A DNA stretch of 52,901 bases. It comes from Collinsella sp. (lineage in GTDB: Bacteria; Actinomycetota; Coriobacteriia; Coriobacteriales; Coriobacteriaceae). The translations under genes and the position numbers were made by a program. Location: assembly GCA_022713905.1 (NCBI GenBank), contig JAIHTM010000001.1, forward strand, positions 1 to 52,901, given 5' to 3'. Each line of letters starts with the position of its first letter. The first letter of the stretch is position 1. Positions 1-10,087 of the stretch are shown piece after piece. The notes below the pieces were generated by a model. It was not told the DNA's origin and ran no database searches. It saw nothing but the letters and a program-made list of their open reading frames with translations.

Positions 1-236
1 GAGCAATGACAGGCCAGTTCCGAACTGGACTAAAACCTACCGCTTTTTCGGAAGGAAAACTCACGCCACACTGGCCTATAACAACTTGACAAAACACACA
101 CGCGCCCGGTCGAACCGTCCCGGCCGCATTTACCGCCATGTCAACGCCCGGCAGCGAACGATCGGGTACTACAATGTCAGTAAGTGTGAAACAAGGCGGT
201 CACACGAGCAGTACCATCCCCGACGAGGAGACAAAC

Positions 237-1907
237 GTGACAACAACGAACATCTACATCGCAAGTCCTGAAGGCGCAAACGGACGCAACGTCGTGGCAT
301 ACGGCGTGCTCAAGGCGCTGACCACCAAATTCAAGACCACCGTGTTCCGCCCCGCGGTCTCCAATCACGACCACTTCACCCCCATCCTGCTGAACGCCTC
401 CAACGCCGGCCTCGGCGTCGCGCTGTCCACCGGACTGGACATTCACCAGGTGCGCAAAGACAAGGAAGGCTCCCGCGGCGACATCGTCGCGGCGTTCAAC
501 GACGCGATGAACGTGTCCCGCGCGGACGCGGCGCTCATCGTCGGCACCGACAAGTCGCACGTCAACGACCCAACCGCCTACGAGTTCAACGCGAACATCG
601 CCGCCGACCTGCAGGCCGGCGTCTTCCTCGCCGTGTGCACCATCGACCGTTGGCCTGACGAGCTCAAGGACACCGTCCGTCTCTCCATCGAAGGCATGGA
701 GGCCGCCGGTAACAAGGTGCTGGGCATCTTCGTGACGGGCTGCGAGCCGCGCCACTCCGTCTCGGTCAAGGACACGCTCGCGGACTTCGGGCTGCCGGTG
801 TGGACGATCCCCCAGATCCCGTTCACCGAGGCGTCGCAGGCCGATGCGGCGCTCGCCGCCTTCCAGGCGAACGTGCCGACCGAAGAGGTCCTGCGGGCCA
901 TCAACGTCGAGATCGACTTCCCGATCACCTCGTACGCCTTCCAGTACAGCCTGCTCGGCCGCGCCAAGGCGAACAAGAAAACGATCGTGCTGCCCGAAGG
1001 CGAAGAGGACCGCATCATCAAGGCGGCCGACTACCTGCTGGAGCGCGAGATCGCGAACCTCATCATCGTGGGCGACAAGGGCGCGATCCTCGCCCGGGGC
1101 GCGGAACTCGGTCTGACCCATCTGGGCAAAGCGCGCTTCCAGGCCATGGACGACGAGAACATCCTCAAGCCCATGGTCGCCAAGCTGTGCGAGCTGCGCG
1201 CCAAGAAGGGCATGACCGAAGAGCAGGCCCGCAAGCAGCTGACCGACGCGAGCTATTTCGGCACGATGCTCGTCGTGCTCGGTTACGCCGATGGTCTGGT
1301 GTCCGGCGCGGTCAACTCCACCGCAAACACCGTGCGTCCGGCGCTGCAGGTCATCAAGACCAAGCCCGGGCAGAGGCTCGTCTCCGGCGCCTTCCTGATG
1401 TGCTTCAAGGACCACGTGACCGTGTTCTCCGACTGCGCCATCAACCTCAACCCGGACGCCGAACAGCTCGCGGAGATCGCGCTGCAGTCCGCCGTGACCG
1501 CCAAGGCGTTCGGCATCGAGCCCAAGGTCGGTATGCTCTCCTACTCCACCCTCGGCTCCGGCAAGGGGCCGGACGTGGACATCGTCGAAGAGGCCACGCG
1601 AATCGTCAAGGAGAAGGCTCCGGACCTGCCCGTCGTCGGCTCCATCCAGTTCGACGCCGCATGGTCGCCCGACGTGGCAGCCACCAAGGCCAAGGGCAAC
1701 GACGTGGCCGGACACGTCAACGTGTTCGTGTTCCCCGACCTGTGCTCCGGCAACATCGGCTACAAGGCCGTGCAGCGTTCCTCCGGGGCGCTCGCCATCG
1801 GCCCCGTGCTGCAGGGCCTCAACAAGCCCGTCAACGACCTCTCACGCGGGGCGACGGTGCAGGACATCATCAACACCATCGCACTGACCGCCATCGAGGC
1901 CCAGTGA
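237..1907 (+). CDS. pta: Phosphate acetyltransferase
   Basis: PTA motifs IVLPEGEEDR, GSIQFDAA, FVFPDLCSGNIGYK, GPVLQGLNKPVNDLSRG; GTG at 237 follows a GAGGAG RBS (ORF track starts at 138); adjacent to ackA. Confidence 0.96.
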   Translation: MTTTNIYIASPEGANGRNVVAYGVLKALTTKFKTTVFRPAVSNHDHFTPILLNASNAGLGVALSTGLDIHQVRKDKEGSRGDIVAAFNDAMNVSRADAALIVGTDKSHVNDPTAYEFNANIAADLQAGVFLAVCTIDRWPDELKDTVRLSIEGMEAAGNKVLGIFVTGCEPRHSVSVKDTLADFGLPVWTIPQIPFTEASQADAALAAFQANVPTEEVLRAINVEIDFPITSYAFQYSLLGRAKANKKTIVLPEGEEDRIIKAADYLLEREIANLIIVGDKGAILARGAELGLTHLGKARFQAMDDENILKPMVAKLCELRAKKGMTEEQARKQLTDASYFGTMLVVLGYADGLVSGAVNSTANTVRPALQVIKTKPGQRLVSGAFLMCFKDHVTVFSDCAINLNPDAEQLAEIALQSAVTAKAFGIEPKVGMLSYSTLGSGKGPDVDIVEEATRIVKEKAPDLPVVGSIQFDAAWSPDVAATKAKGNDVAGHVNVFVFPDLCSGNIGYKAVQRSSGALAIGPVLQGLNKPVNDLSRGATVQDIINTIALTAIEAQ

Positions 1908-1955
1908 CGCGGGTGTTTTAGCGGTCTCCGCGCGATACAGCCGCTCTTTACGACC

Positions 1956-1995
1956 ACCCCCAGTCGCTTCGCGACAGCCCCCGCTGGCGGGGGCA
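1956..1995. repeat. REP-like double-hairpin intergenic element
   Basis: GTCGC-TTC-GCGAC hairpin directly followed by GCCCCCGC-TG-GCGGGGGC hairpin. Confidence 0.5.
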
Positions 1996-2029
1996 CGTGC
2001 AATCTGTCGTTCGCTCTTCACCTATAACC

Positions 2030-2080
2030 AGCCCCGCTGTTTACTTCACGGCTCAACCCGTCAGCGGGGCTTTTCTCTTT
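2030..2080 (+). terminator. Intrinsic terminator-like hairpin between pta and ackA
   Basis: AGCCCCGCTG (2030-2039) pairs with CAGCGGGGCT (2062-2071), followed by a T-rich tract; long 22-nt loop. Confidence 0.55.
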
Positions 2081-2188
2081 GGTGGCTCTCGGCGAAACCT
2101 GCGGCGCTGATTTGTAGCAAGCAGCGAGTAATCTATCAGATGGAAAGCCGTGTTTCGCGGTACGTATCAATCATGGAGGATGCCCACA

Positions 2189-3418
2189 ATGGCGAAAACC
2201 GTCCTTGTCATCAATTCCGGTTCCAGCTCTATCAAGTATCAGCTGGTCGATCTTGAGTCCGGCGAAGGTCTGGCCTCCGGTCTCGTCGAGAAGATCGGCG
2301 AACCGGTCGACGGTCACTACAAGCACGAGTACAACGGCGAGAAGCACGAGCTCGAAGAGCCGATCCACGACCACGAGCAGGGCCTCAAGCGCGTGCTCGG
2401 CTTCTTCAAGGAGTACGGCCCGGACCTGTCCGAAGCAGGCATCGTCGCCGTCGGCCACCGTGTGGTTCAGGGCGGATCCCTCTTCCCGAAGCCGGCCCTC
2501 GTGACCGACAAGACCATCAACGCCGTCAAGGACCTGGCCGTGCTCGCCCCGCTGCACAACGGCCCGGAGGCCAAGGGCGCCGAAGTCATGCGCGCACTGC
2601 TGCCCGACGTTCCGCAGATCTTCGTGTTCGATTCCTCCTTCTTCTTCCAGCTGCCGAAGGCGGCCAGCACCTACGCGCTGAACAAGGAGATTGCCGACCA
2701 GTACCACATCCGCCGTTACGGCGCCCACGGCACCTCGCACGAGTTCATCTCCTCCGTGGTCCCCGGCGTCATCGGCAAGCCGGCCGAAGGCCTCAAGCAG
2801 ATCGTGCTGCACATCGGCAACGGAGCCTCCGCCTCCGCCGAGGTTTCCGGCAAGCCGGTCGAGACCTCCATGGGTCTGACCCCGCTTGAAGGCCTGATGA
2901 TGGGCGGCCGCACCGGCGACATCGACCCGGCCGTGGTCTTCCACCTCATCCGCAACGCCCACATGAACGTGGACGAGCTCGACACCCTGTTCAACAAGCG
3001 CTCCGGCATGATGGGCATGACCGGCTTCGGCGACCTGCGCGAGGTTCACCGTCTGGTGGCCGAGGGCAACGAGGACGCCAAGCTGGCCCTCGACGTGTAC
3101 GTGCACCGCATCGTCAGCTACATCGGCAACTACACCTACCAGATGGGCGGCTGCGACGTAATCACCTTCACCGCCGGCGTCGGCGAGAACGACGACATCG
3201 TGCGCAAGATGGTGTGCGACAAGCTCGCCCCGTTCGGCGTCAAGCTGGACGAGGAGAAGAACGCGAAGCGCTCCAAGGAGCCGCGCATCATCTCCACCCC
3301 GGACTCCTCCGTGATCATCGCCGTCATCCCGACGAACGAGGAGCTGGCCATCGCCCGCAAGTCCGCCGAAATCGCCGAGAACGGCGCGGACACTTACGGC
3401 AACACGTTCACCAAGTGA
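2189..3418 (+). CDS. ackA: Acetate kinase
   Basis: LVINSGSSSIKY, GHRVVQGG, APLHN, RRYGAHGTSH, TSMGLTPLEGL, FTAGVGEN, IPTNEE; ATG 2189 after GGAGG. Confidence 0.97.
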   Translation: MAKTVLVINSGSSSIKYQLVDLESGEGLASGLVEKIGEPVDGHYKHEYNGEKHELEEPIHDHEQGLKRVLGFFKEYGPDLSEAGIVAVGHRVVQGGSLFPKPALVTDKTINAVKDLAVLAPLHNGPEAKGAEVMRALLPDVPQIFVFDSSFFFQLPKAASTYALNKEIADQYHIRRYGAHGTSHEFISSVVPGVIGKPAEGLKQIVLHIGNGASASAEVSGKPVETSMGLTPLEGLMMGGRTGDIDPAVVFHLIRNAHMNVDELDTLFNKRSGMMGMTGFGDLREVHRLVAEGNEDAKLALDVYVHRIVSYIGNYTYQMGGCDVITFTAGVGENDDIVRKMVCDKLAPFGVKLDEEKNAKRSKEPRIISTPDSSVIIAVIPTNEELAIARKSAEIAENGADTYGNTFTK

Positions 3419-3470
3419 CGAACTGCCGTTAGCAGGCCGCAGTCCGTCTAACGCAAACGGACGAACATAA

Positions 3471-3506
3471 ATGAGGGGCTGATTCCGCTGGGAATCAGCC
3501 CCTCAT
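3471..3506. terminator. Hairpin between convergent ackA and aroA, probably a bidirectional terminator
   Basis: Perfect 16-bp stem ATGAGGGGCTGATTCC / GGAATCAGCCCCTCAT with a 4-nt loop. Confidence 0.85.
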
Positions 3507-3531
3507 CGTATATCCGTGATATTCGTCGCGG

Positions 3532-4890
3532 TCACCGCTCCAACATGCCGGTCCACATGCCCACGAAATCGGGCAGTGTCTTGCGCGTGGTCTCCACATT
3601 GACGATTCGGACGCCCGGCACGGCCAGCCCGATCATCGCGGCGAACGTCGCCATGCGGTGATCAGCGTAGGATTCCATCACCTCACCGTGCAGACGCTCA
3701 ACCGGCACAGGAGTGATCTCGATGCCATCCTCCAGTTCGCGGGCCTCTCCCCCGATGCGCGTGATCTCCGTGACCAGCGCCTCCAGACGGTTTGTCTCAT
3801 GACCACGCAGATGACCGATGCCGAGCATACGGGTCGGAGCATCGGCAAACGCCAGTATCGCCGCGAGCGACGGCGCGATCTCCCCTGCCGCGGTCAGGTC
3901 GAAATCACCAAGACCATGCACATGGCCGTCGCCACTCACCTCGCAATACCGCACGCCGTCCTCTTCGGGGAACGAGACGCGCGCGCCCATGCGTTCCAGA
4001 TATCCCGGCAGCAGTCCACCGGGCTGGGTGGTCTCAACAGGCCAGTGCGGCACGCGCACCGTGCCTCCGGCAATCAAAGCCGCACCGAGGAACGGCGCCG
4101 CATTCGACAGGTCAGGTTCGACGACCACGCGTTCCGGCAGCTGCAACGCGGCATGGCCGACTCGCCAGACGCGAGACTCCTCATCAGCAGTCGCATTGCC
4201 GCCCGCGCCGTTCACATCAGCGACGGTCATGCGGATATGCGGCAGGCTCGGCGTCTTCTCCCCCGTATGCCGCAACTCCAGCCCACCGGGCAGGCGCGAC
4301 CCGATCAGCAGCAGACCGGAGATGAACTGTGAAGAGCCGGACGAGTCGATGCTCACCTTGGCGGCAGCGGAACCGTCATCGGCCTGTTCACCATCATGAC
4401 GCGGTGGCGTGATGGTGAACGGCAGCCGGCCGTGCTCGCCGTGGTATTCGACGCGGGCGCCAAGCTGTTCGAGCCCGTCGAGAACCGGCTGCATCGGCCT
4501 CGCGTATGCCTGATCGTCTCCATCGAACCGCACCGGGGCGTCCGCGAACAGCGCCAGCCCCGGCACGAAACGCATCACCGTGCCGGCGAGCCCGCAGTAC
4601 ACGCCCACATTGCCGCTGAATCGGCCGGATTCCGGCGGCGTCACCGTGACCGTGGTGTCGTTTTCCGGGTCGATGTCGCAGCGCACACCAAGCGCCGACA
4701 GCGCTCCCATCATCAGTTCGGTGTCGCGCGAGCGCAACAGCCCGACAAGCGTGACGGGCTTCGCGCCAAGCACGGCGAGGATCAGATACCGATTCGACAG
4801 GGATTTGCTGCCGGGGATGGTCACGGTCGCGTTCAGCGGGCCGTCAGCGGTCGGGGCCGGCCACAGGTTGTCATTGTTCGTTTCGCTCAT
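3532..4890 (-). CDS. aroA: 3-phosphoshikimate 1-carboxyvinyltransferase (EPSP synthase)
   Basis: PGSKSLSNR, GLAGTVMRF, SSQFISGLL, LRGHETNR, DHRMA motifs; start trimmed to MSETNN. Confidence 0.96.
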   Translation of the reverse strand: MSETNNDNLWPAPTADGPLNATVTIPGSKSLSNRYLILAVLGAKPVTLVGLLRSRDTELMMGALSALGVRCDIDPENDTTVTVTPPESGRFSGNVGVYCGLAGTVMRFVPGLALFADAPVRFDGDDQAYARPMQPVLDGLEQLGARVEYHGEHGRLPFTITPPRHDGEQADDGSAAAKVSIDSSGSSQFISGLLLIGSRLPGGLELRHTGEKTPSLPHIRMTVADVNGAGGNATADEESRVWRVGHAALQLPERVVVEPDLSNAAPFLGAALIAGGTVRVPHWPVETTQPGGLLPGYLERMGARVSFPEEDGVRYCEVSGDGHVHGLGDFDLTAAGEIAPSLAAILAFADAPTRMLGIGHLRGHETNRLEALVTEITRIGGEARELEDGIEITPVPVERLHGEVMESYADHRMATFAAMIGLAVPGVRIVNVETTRKTLPDFVGMWTGMLER

Positions 4891-5083
4891 GCGTCCAATC
4901 GTATCGTCTTCGTTCGAGTTATGGCATTTTCCGTCCGCATCGGCGGAATCGTTCGCGCCCATATCGTCATTTCCGGCAACCGGGCCAGGCGAGCGCCAAA
5001 CGCCACCGCGCGCATTCGACCTTTCATCTGTCAGCGCTCTCATGAACGCGGTCCTATACTGGGCGATACGAAAGGAGGCCAGG

Positions 5084-5701
5084 ATGGCGACCATGATGCT
5101 CACATCGACGCTGCGCGGAGCCACAGGGATGATCCCGCATGCACTGCCCGGGCTGTACGGCGGTCGACTGGCGTACATCACGACCGCCGCGGCCGTGGAG
5201 CCATGGGGGTTCGCGCATACGATGCTGACCCGCCGCCAACTGCGTCAACTGGGATTCCGCGTCACCGAACTGGATGTTTCAACGGCCGCTGCCCCCGACG
5301 TGCGGAGCACCCTCTCGGACGCCGACTGCATATATGTCGGCGGCGGCAATTCGTTCTTTCTGCTGCAGGAACTGCGGCAGAGCGGCGCGGATGCGCTGCT
5401 CGCCGAACGGATAGCCGACGGGATCCCGTATATCGGCGAATCAGCCGGTTCGGTCATCATGTCGCCGGACATCGGCTACTGCTCCATCATGGACCGCACG
5501 GATCGCGCCCCGGGTCTGCGCAACTACAAAGGACTTGGTCTGACGGATTTCCACGTGGTGCCGCATCTGGGCAATCCCACGATGGGTCAGGCGGCACGGC
5601 TCATCGTCGAACGGTATTCCACGGAGCTCGACCTACGCGCGCTCACTGACCGTCAATCACTGCTCGTCAGGGACGGCGGCATCACCATGTTGCAGTCATG
5701 A
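5084..5701 (+). CDS. Peptidase S51 (dipeptidase E-like, class I glutamine amidotransferase fold)
   Basis: YVGGGNSFFL, YIGESAG nucleophile elbow, VVPH; AAGGAGG RBS before ATG 5084. Confidence 0.88.
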   Translation: MATMMLTSTLRGATGMIPHALPGLYGGRLAYITTAAAVEPWGFAHTMLTRRQLRQLGFRVTELDVSTAAAPDVRSTLSDADCIYVGGGNSFFLLQELRQSGADALLAERIADGIPYIGESAGSVIMSPDIGYCSIMDRTDRAPGLRNYKGLGLTDFHVVPHLGNPTMGQAARLIVERYSTELDLRALTDRQSLLVRDGGITMLQS

Positions 5702-5802
5702 CGAGGTATCACGGTTCGGGCACGACCCCTTTCCGGCGCGATTCGCCATCTTCTCTCCCCCGGTCATGGGCGAAAAGCCCGGAATCACATCGTCATTGAA
5801 CC

Positions 5803-6009
5803 GTATCTACGTTTCGAGGGGTTGATTTCGGTCTCGCCGGACATCTATCTACGTTTCGAGGGGGTGCCAGCCAAGTATGAACGCTCCCAAAACCGCGCAA
5901 TCCCAGCAGCAAAAAGCGCTTAATACTTCGGATATCGCGTTTGGGCAACCCCCTGAAATGCAGATAGATGTTCCTGATCCATCAGATCAACCCCTCGAAA
6001 TGTAGATAC
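5803..6009. repeat. Nested inverted-repeat element (MITE/REP-like)
   Basis: Outer 24-bp IR 5803-5826 / 5986-6009 (1 mismatch) and inner imperfect IR 5841-5868 / 5944-5971 sharing the core TATCTRCRTTTC. Confidence 0.75.
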
Positions 6010-6178
6010 CACCAATTTCGCCCGCGCTAATCCCGATTTCACGCCTCAAACGGCGGTTAGCGCAGCCCAGGACCGCGTTTCCATTCAGAATTATTCGGGC
6101 GGCGGCCCACTGGCGACGATAGGATGGTCAACAGCAGCCGGCACCGCAATCACCACCGGCGCCATTAAAGGAACCAGC

Positions 6179-6991
6179 ATGGAATTCGTCATCGGAGCCG
6201 TCATCATCATCGCGGCGGTCGCCATCGCGATATGGGCCGCCACCTCGCATCAGGGCGGTGCCGGCGCGGCGCCCGACGCATCGGCATCCGCAACTTCACC
6301 GTCGCGGCGCGATGCCGACGGCAAGGTCGTGTCCCGCACCAGTTCGCGCGACGGGGACACCGGCATCGCCACCACCGTGGTCACGCTGAAGGACGGCACG
6401 ACGACGGTGACCCGCACGATGCCGGACGACAGTAGCACCAGCACCACGACGGCGGGCGGCTTGGGCGCAGGGTCGTTGCAGGAGCTCGCCGCCTCGGTGC
6501 AGGCGGAATACCTGTCTCGACTCGGATCATACACGCTCGGCCCCGGCGCTCATGAGGACAGTCGCCGAGAGATGTTCGACGGCCAATGGCGAGACAAACT
6601 CGACCGTGCGGCGAACAACTACAACGTGTACTTGCCGTCAGGCTTCCGGCAATTCGACTTCTGCGTCAACCGCGCCATCGACGATTACATGCGCGTAGGC
6701 CGACCGTATGGAACACCGAGCGCGTACACATATCGATACAGCGAGCGCACGACGTCATCCTTCAACCCGACCCCTTGCGCATTCATGTTCGACATGTGCT
6801 CGTTCGGCACGCCCGTACCGCAATGGGATGCGGACATGGCCGCCTTGCGCCAGGCCGTGGCATCGACCGGCGAACGCGATGTCACGGAGCGCGACGACGG
6901 CAACCACCACATCATACTGGTGGACGGGTCGGTCGGCGACGCGACGCGGAACATCCTCTACCGCGCGTTCGCCCAATGCGCACGGGCCTGA
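6179..6991 (+). CDS. Hypothetical membrane-anchored/secreted protein
   Basis: AAAGGA RBS, N-terminal hydrophobic helix, S/T-rich linker, globular C-terminal part; stop overlaps next ATG. Confidence 0.75.
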   Translation: MEFVIGAVIIIAAVAIAIWAATSHQGGAGAAPDASASATSPSRRDADGKVVSRTSSRDGDTGIATTVVTLKDGTTTVTRTMPDDSSTSTTTAGGLGAGSLQELAASVQAEYLSRLGSYTLGPGAHEDSRREMFDGQWRDKLDRAANNYNVYLPSGFRQFDFCVNRAIDDYMRVGRPYGTPSAYTYRYSERTTSSFNPTPCAFMFDMCSFGTPVPQWDADMAALRQAVASTGERDVTERDDGNHHIILVDGSVGDATRNILYRAFAQCARA

Positions 6992-7840
6992 TGATGCGTA
7001 TCATAGAGCGGTATTGCCGGGGCAAGCGGAACGACCAGTCGCTCAACGAGGACGGGATGCTGGTCACGGATGACTTCGCGGCCGTCGTGGATGGGGTGAC
7101 AAGCAAAAGCGTGCGGCATCTGTGGCGGCGTCGTGGCGAAGGATCTGATGCTCGGCGTCATCGGTGGCATGCCTGCGGATGCATCGATGCGACAGATGCA
7201 GCGGGCGGTTGACGAATGTTTCCAGGCCCGCTACCGCTCGCATGAGGCCGGAATTCGGGTGTTCGCGGATGAGCCAGTGGAACGTCTGCAGGTCAACGCA
7301 GTGGTATACAGCGCCCGGCGGCATGAGGCGTGGCTGTTCGGGGACTGCCAGATCATGGTCAATGGCGTGCAGACGCCGACGACCAAGGATGTCGATGTGT
7401 TGCTCGGTGATCTGCGCGCGTTCACGGTGCTTGCGCTGCGAGAGATGCAGGACGGCACGCCCGACGTCCCGATATCCGGCTCGTTCGGCGCACCGGCTTC
7501 CGATGCGGCGCCGAAGGACCCGTCGCGCGCGATGATACTGCCGTTCCTGCGGTTGCAATCGCAGTTCGCGAACAAACGAGGGCCGTTCGGCTACTTCGTG
7601 TTCGACGGGTTCACCGACATGACGTACCCCATCCGCACTGTGCCCGTCTCTCCCGGCGATGAGGTGGTGCTCGCGTCTGATGGCTATCCGCTGCTGCGGC
7701 CCACGCTCGACGAATCGGAACGCGAGCTGCAGCGGCTTCGCAGCGAAGATCCGGATCTGATTGACCGGTATCGGTCGACCAAGGGGTTTCAGGGTCGCGC
7801 GACTTTCGACGATCTCACATATCTGCGTTTCATCGCCTGA
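6991..7840 (+). pseudogene. Frameshifted PP2C-like phosphatase-fold protein
   Basis: N-part (NEDG...FAAVVDGVT) in one frame, C-part (LFGDC, VLASDG, FDDLTY) in another; break near 7120-7135. Confidence 0.75.
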
Positions 7841-7934
7841 GCGGCTTAGGCTGTCGCTCGCCTGGCCGCGCGGCGAGGCCGGCTGGAACGATGGCCCATC
7901 CGACTTCGCCGCCGCCCGTCCCGAGTCGGATGAG

Positions 7935-8483
7935 TCAGGCCAGGGTCTTTTTGATGGCGTCGACGAAGTAGTCGAGGTCGGCGGGCTTGCGGGAAGTGAT
8001 GAGGCGCCAGCCGTTGGCGTCATCGATGTGCAGCTGCTCGTCCACGTAATGGCCGCCCGCGTTCTCGATATCGGCACGAATGTAGCGGCAGGGGGCGGCG
8101 GTCTTCCCTGCGATGAGTCCGGCATTGACCAGCAGCCATGCGCCGTGGCAGATCGCGGCGATCGGCTTGCCTTCGTGGGCGAATTCCTGCGCGATTGCGA
8201 TGGCGTCCTCGTTCACGCGGATGCGGTCGACGTTGCAGGTGCCGCCGGGCACCACCAGCAGGTCGTAATCACCGGCGTTGACGTCTGACAGCAGCGCGTC
8301 CGGGGTGAGCGTCTCGCCCTCGTACCGGTCGTGGCTGACTGTTTCGCACGGGTCGAGCGTCGCGGCGGCGAGCGTCACTGCGGCTCCTGCGGCCTTGAGG
8401 TCACGCAACGGGCGGGTCAGCTCGGTTTCCTCGATGCCCCAATTGTTCACGATGATCAGTACCTTGGCGTTCTCGACGGCCAT
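7935..8483 (-). CDS. DJ-1/PfpI family protein
   Basis: GIEETE, LVVPGG, AAICHG, LITSR motifs; AGGAGGAG RBS. Confidence 0.9.
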   Translation of the reverse strand: MAVENAKVLIIVNNWGIEETELTRPLRDLKAAGAAVTLAAATLDPCETVSHDRYEGETLTPDALLSDVNAGDYDLLVVPGGTCNVDRIRVNEDAIAIAQEFAHEGKPIAAICHGAWLLVNAGLIAGKTAAPCRYIRADIENAGGHYVDEQLHIDDANGWRLITSRKPADLDYFVDAIKKTLA

Positions 8484-8608
8484 GGCTCCTCCTTGTTTGT
8501 TTGCGTTTCCGCGATGCGGCGAAATATCGCTTCCATCATGCCCGCTTGCCTGTCCGTCGCTACGTTTCAGGCCGTCGGCGAAGAGCTATATGCACCGCCT
8601 CCGGCAGG

Positions 8609-9469
8609 TCATTCCCGTCCGGCGCGCTCTTTGACCAGCGTGGCCATTCGTTCGACAGCCGCGGGCGTGGCGTGGTCGAAGAACAGGCTGGTGCGGGTGT
8701 CGAGCGCGGCGATCGACGCCATGTCGTCGTCCGTCAGCGTGAAGTCGAAGATATCGATGTTCTGCGCCATGCGTTCCTTGTGCGTCGACTTCGGCAATGC
8801 GACGATGTCGCGCTGCATGAGCCAGCGCAGAATCACCTGGGCGGGTGACTTGCCGTGCCGCTCGCCGATGGCGACGAGCGTCGGATTGGTGAACATGCCG
8901 GACTTGCCTTCGCCGAACGGCGCCCACGCCTCCTGCACCACACCGTGTTCTGCCATGTAGGCGTGCGCGTCAACCTGCTGGTTGAACGGATTGGTCTCGA
9001 TCTGGTTGACCATCGGCGCGATCTCGTTGAACGCGATGAGGTCCGCGAGACGGTACGGGAAGAAGTTGCTCACGCCGACGGCGCGCACCACGCCGTCCTT
9101 GTAGAGCTTCTCGAGCGCGTGCCATGAGCCGTACACGTCGGAGAACGGCTGGTGGAGCAGCAGCAGGTCGATGTAGTCGGTCTTGAGCTTCCTGAGCGAG
9201 ACCTCGACCGATTTGAGCGTCTGCTCGTAGCCGTAGTGTTCCAGCCAGACCTTGGTGGTGACGAACAACTCCTTTCGGTCGATGCCGCTGGCCTTGATGC
9301 CGTCGCCCACCTCGGATTCGTTGAAGTAGGACTGTGCGGTGTCGATGTGGCGGTAGCCGGTTTCGATGGCGTCGGCGACGCAGCACGCGGTGTCGTCCTT
9401 GGCGATCTGGAAGACGCCGTAGCCGAGCTTGGGCATGTCGACGCCATTGCGCAGGGTGATGATCTCCAT
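8609..9469 (-). CDS. Aldo/keto reductase (2,5-diketo-D-gluconate reductase-like)
   Basis: GYRHIDTAQSY, LFVTTKVW, DLLLLHQP, GVSNF, PAQVILRW, LPKS. Confidence 0.94.
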   Translation of the reverse strand: MEIITLRNGVDMPKLGYGVFQIAKDDTACCVADAIETGYRHIDTAQSYFNESEVGDGIKASGIDRKELFVTTKVWLEHYGYEQTLKSVEVSLRKLKTDYIDLLLLHQPFSDVYGSWHALEKLYKDGVVRAVGVSNFFPYRLADLIAFNEIAPMVNQIETNPFNQQVDAHAYMAEHGVVQEAWAPFGEGKSGMFTNPTLVAIGERHGKSPAQVILRWLMQRDIVALPKSTHKERMAQNIDIFDFTLTDDDMASIAALDTRTSLFFDHATPAAVERMATLVKERAGRE

Positions 9470-9534
9470 GGGTATTGCCTTTCGTTGATGTCAGGGTTGG
9501 TGTTCCCTCTAACGGGAGCCGTGTTATGACTGCC

Positions 9535-9594
9535 ACTATATTTTCCGGTAGTAGCTACCGGTCAAATCACGACACACCGGTAGAAACTACCGGT
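9535..9594 (-). promoter_or_regulatory. MerR-type promoter (19-bp spacer) with two operator dyads
   Basis: Minus strand TTGACC (9565-9560), 19 bp, TATAGT (9540-9535); dyad CCGGTAG-N3-CTACCGG at 9545-9561 and again at 9577-9593. Confidence 0.85.
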
Positions 9595-9634
9595 AAGCAC
9601 TGCCGGATAATAAAAGAACGTAAGGAGGGGCACC

Positions 9635-10051
9635 ATGTACACGATGAAGCAGACCTGCGAAGCGACCGGTCTCGCCTACGAGACGTTGAAGTTCTACTGC
9701 AACGCCGGTCTGGTGCCGAACCTCAAACGGGATGCCAACAACCGCCGCGTCTTCGACGACCGCAACATCACATGGATCAAAGGTCTGCTGTGCCTACACC
9801 GTTGCGGTCTGAGCATCGAAGAAATGCGCCGATACACTGAACTGTGCTTTGAAGGCGAGCCGAGCATCCCCGAGCGCAAGCAGATGCTCGCCGACAAGCG
9901 GGCGCGGCTGGTCGAGCAGCTCGCGGAGATTCGGGATTCCATCGACTTCATCGACGCCAAACAGCGCTTCTACGACGGCGTCCTGTCCGGCGACATCCCC
10001 TATACCAGCGTGCTCACCCCCCCATCCGCCGCGCTAGGCGAGGACGAATAG
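9635..10051 (+). CDS. MerR family transcriptional regulator
   Basis: YTMKQ...TLKFY...GLV...RDANNRRVF HTH and C-terminal coiled coil; AAGGAGG RBS; divergent from the AKR gene. Confidence 0.92.
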   Translation: MYTMKQTCEATGLAYETLKFYCNAGLVPNLKRDANNRRVFDDRNITWIKGLLCLHRCGLSIEEMRRYTELCFEGEPSIPERKQMLADKRARLVEQLAEIRDSIDFIDAKQRFYDGVLSGDIPYTSVLTPPSAALGEDE

Positions 10052-10087
10052 CCTCGCCCGAATGCGCCGTAACCTGAACTCATTTGT

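Noticed and set aside
184..205. GTGTGA-N10-TCACAC dyad upstream of pta as a CRP- or AraQ-type site
   Set aside because: Half-site spacing does not match CRP (N6) or the tighter LacI-family dyad; a single occurrence is not enough
7765..7774. CCGGTATCGG copy outside the ICE
   Set aside because: Lies inside a host pseudogene near its 3' end and is probably chance; recorded as a caveat for the motif finding
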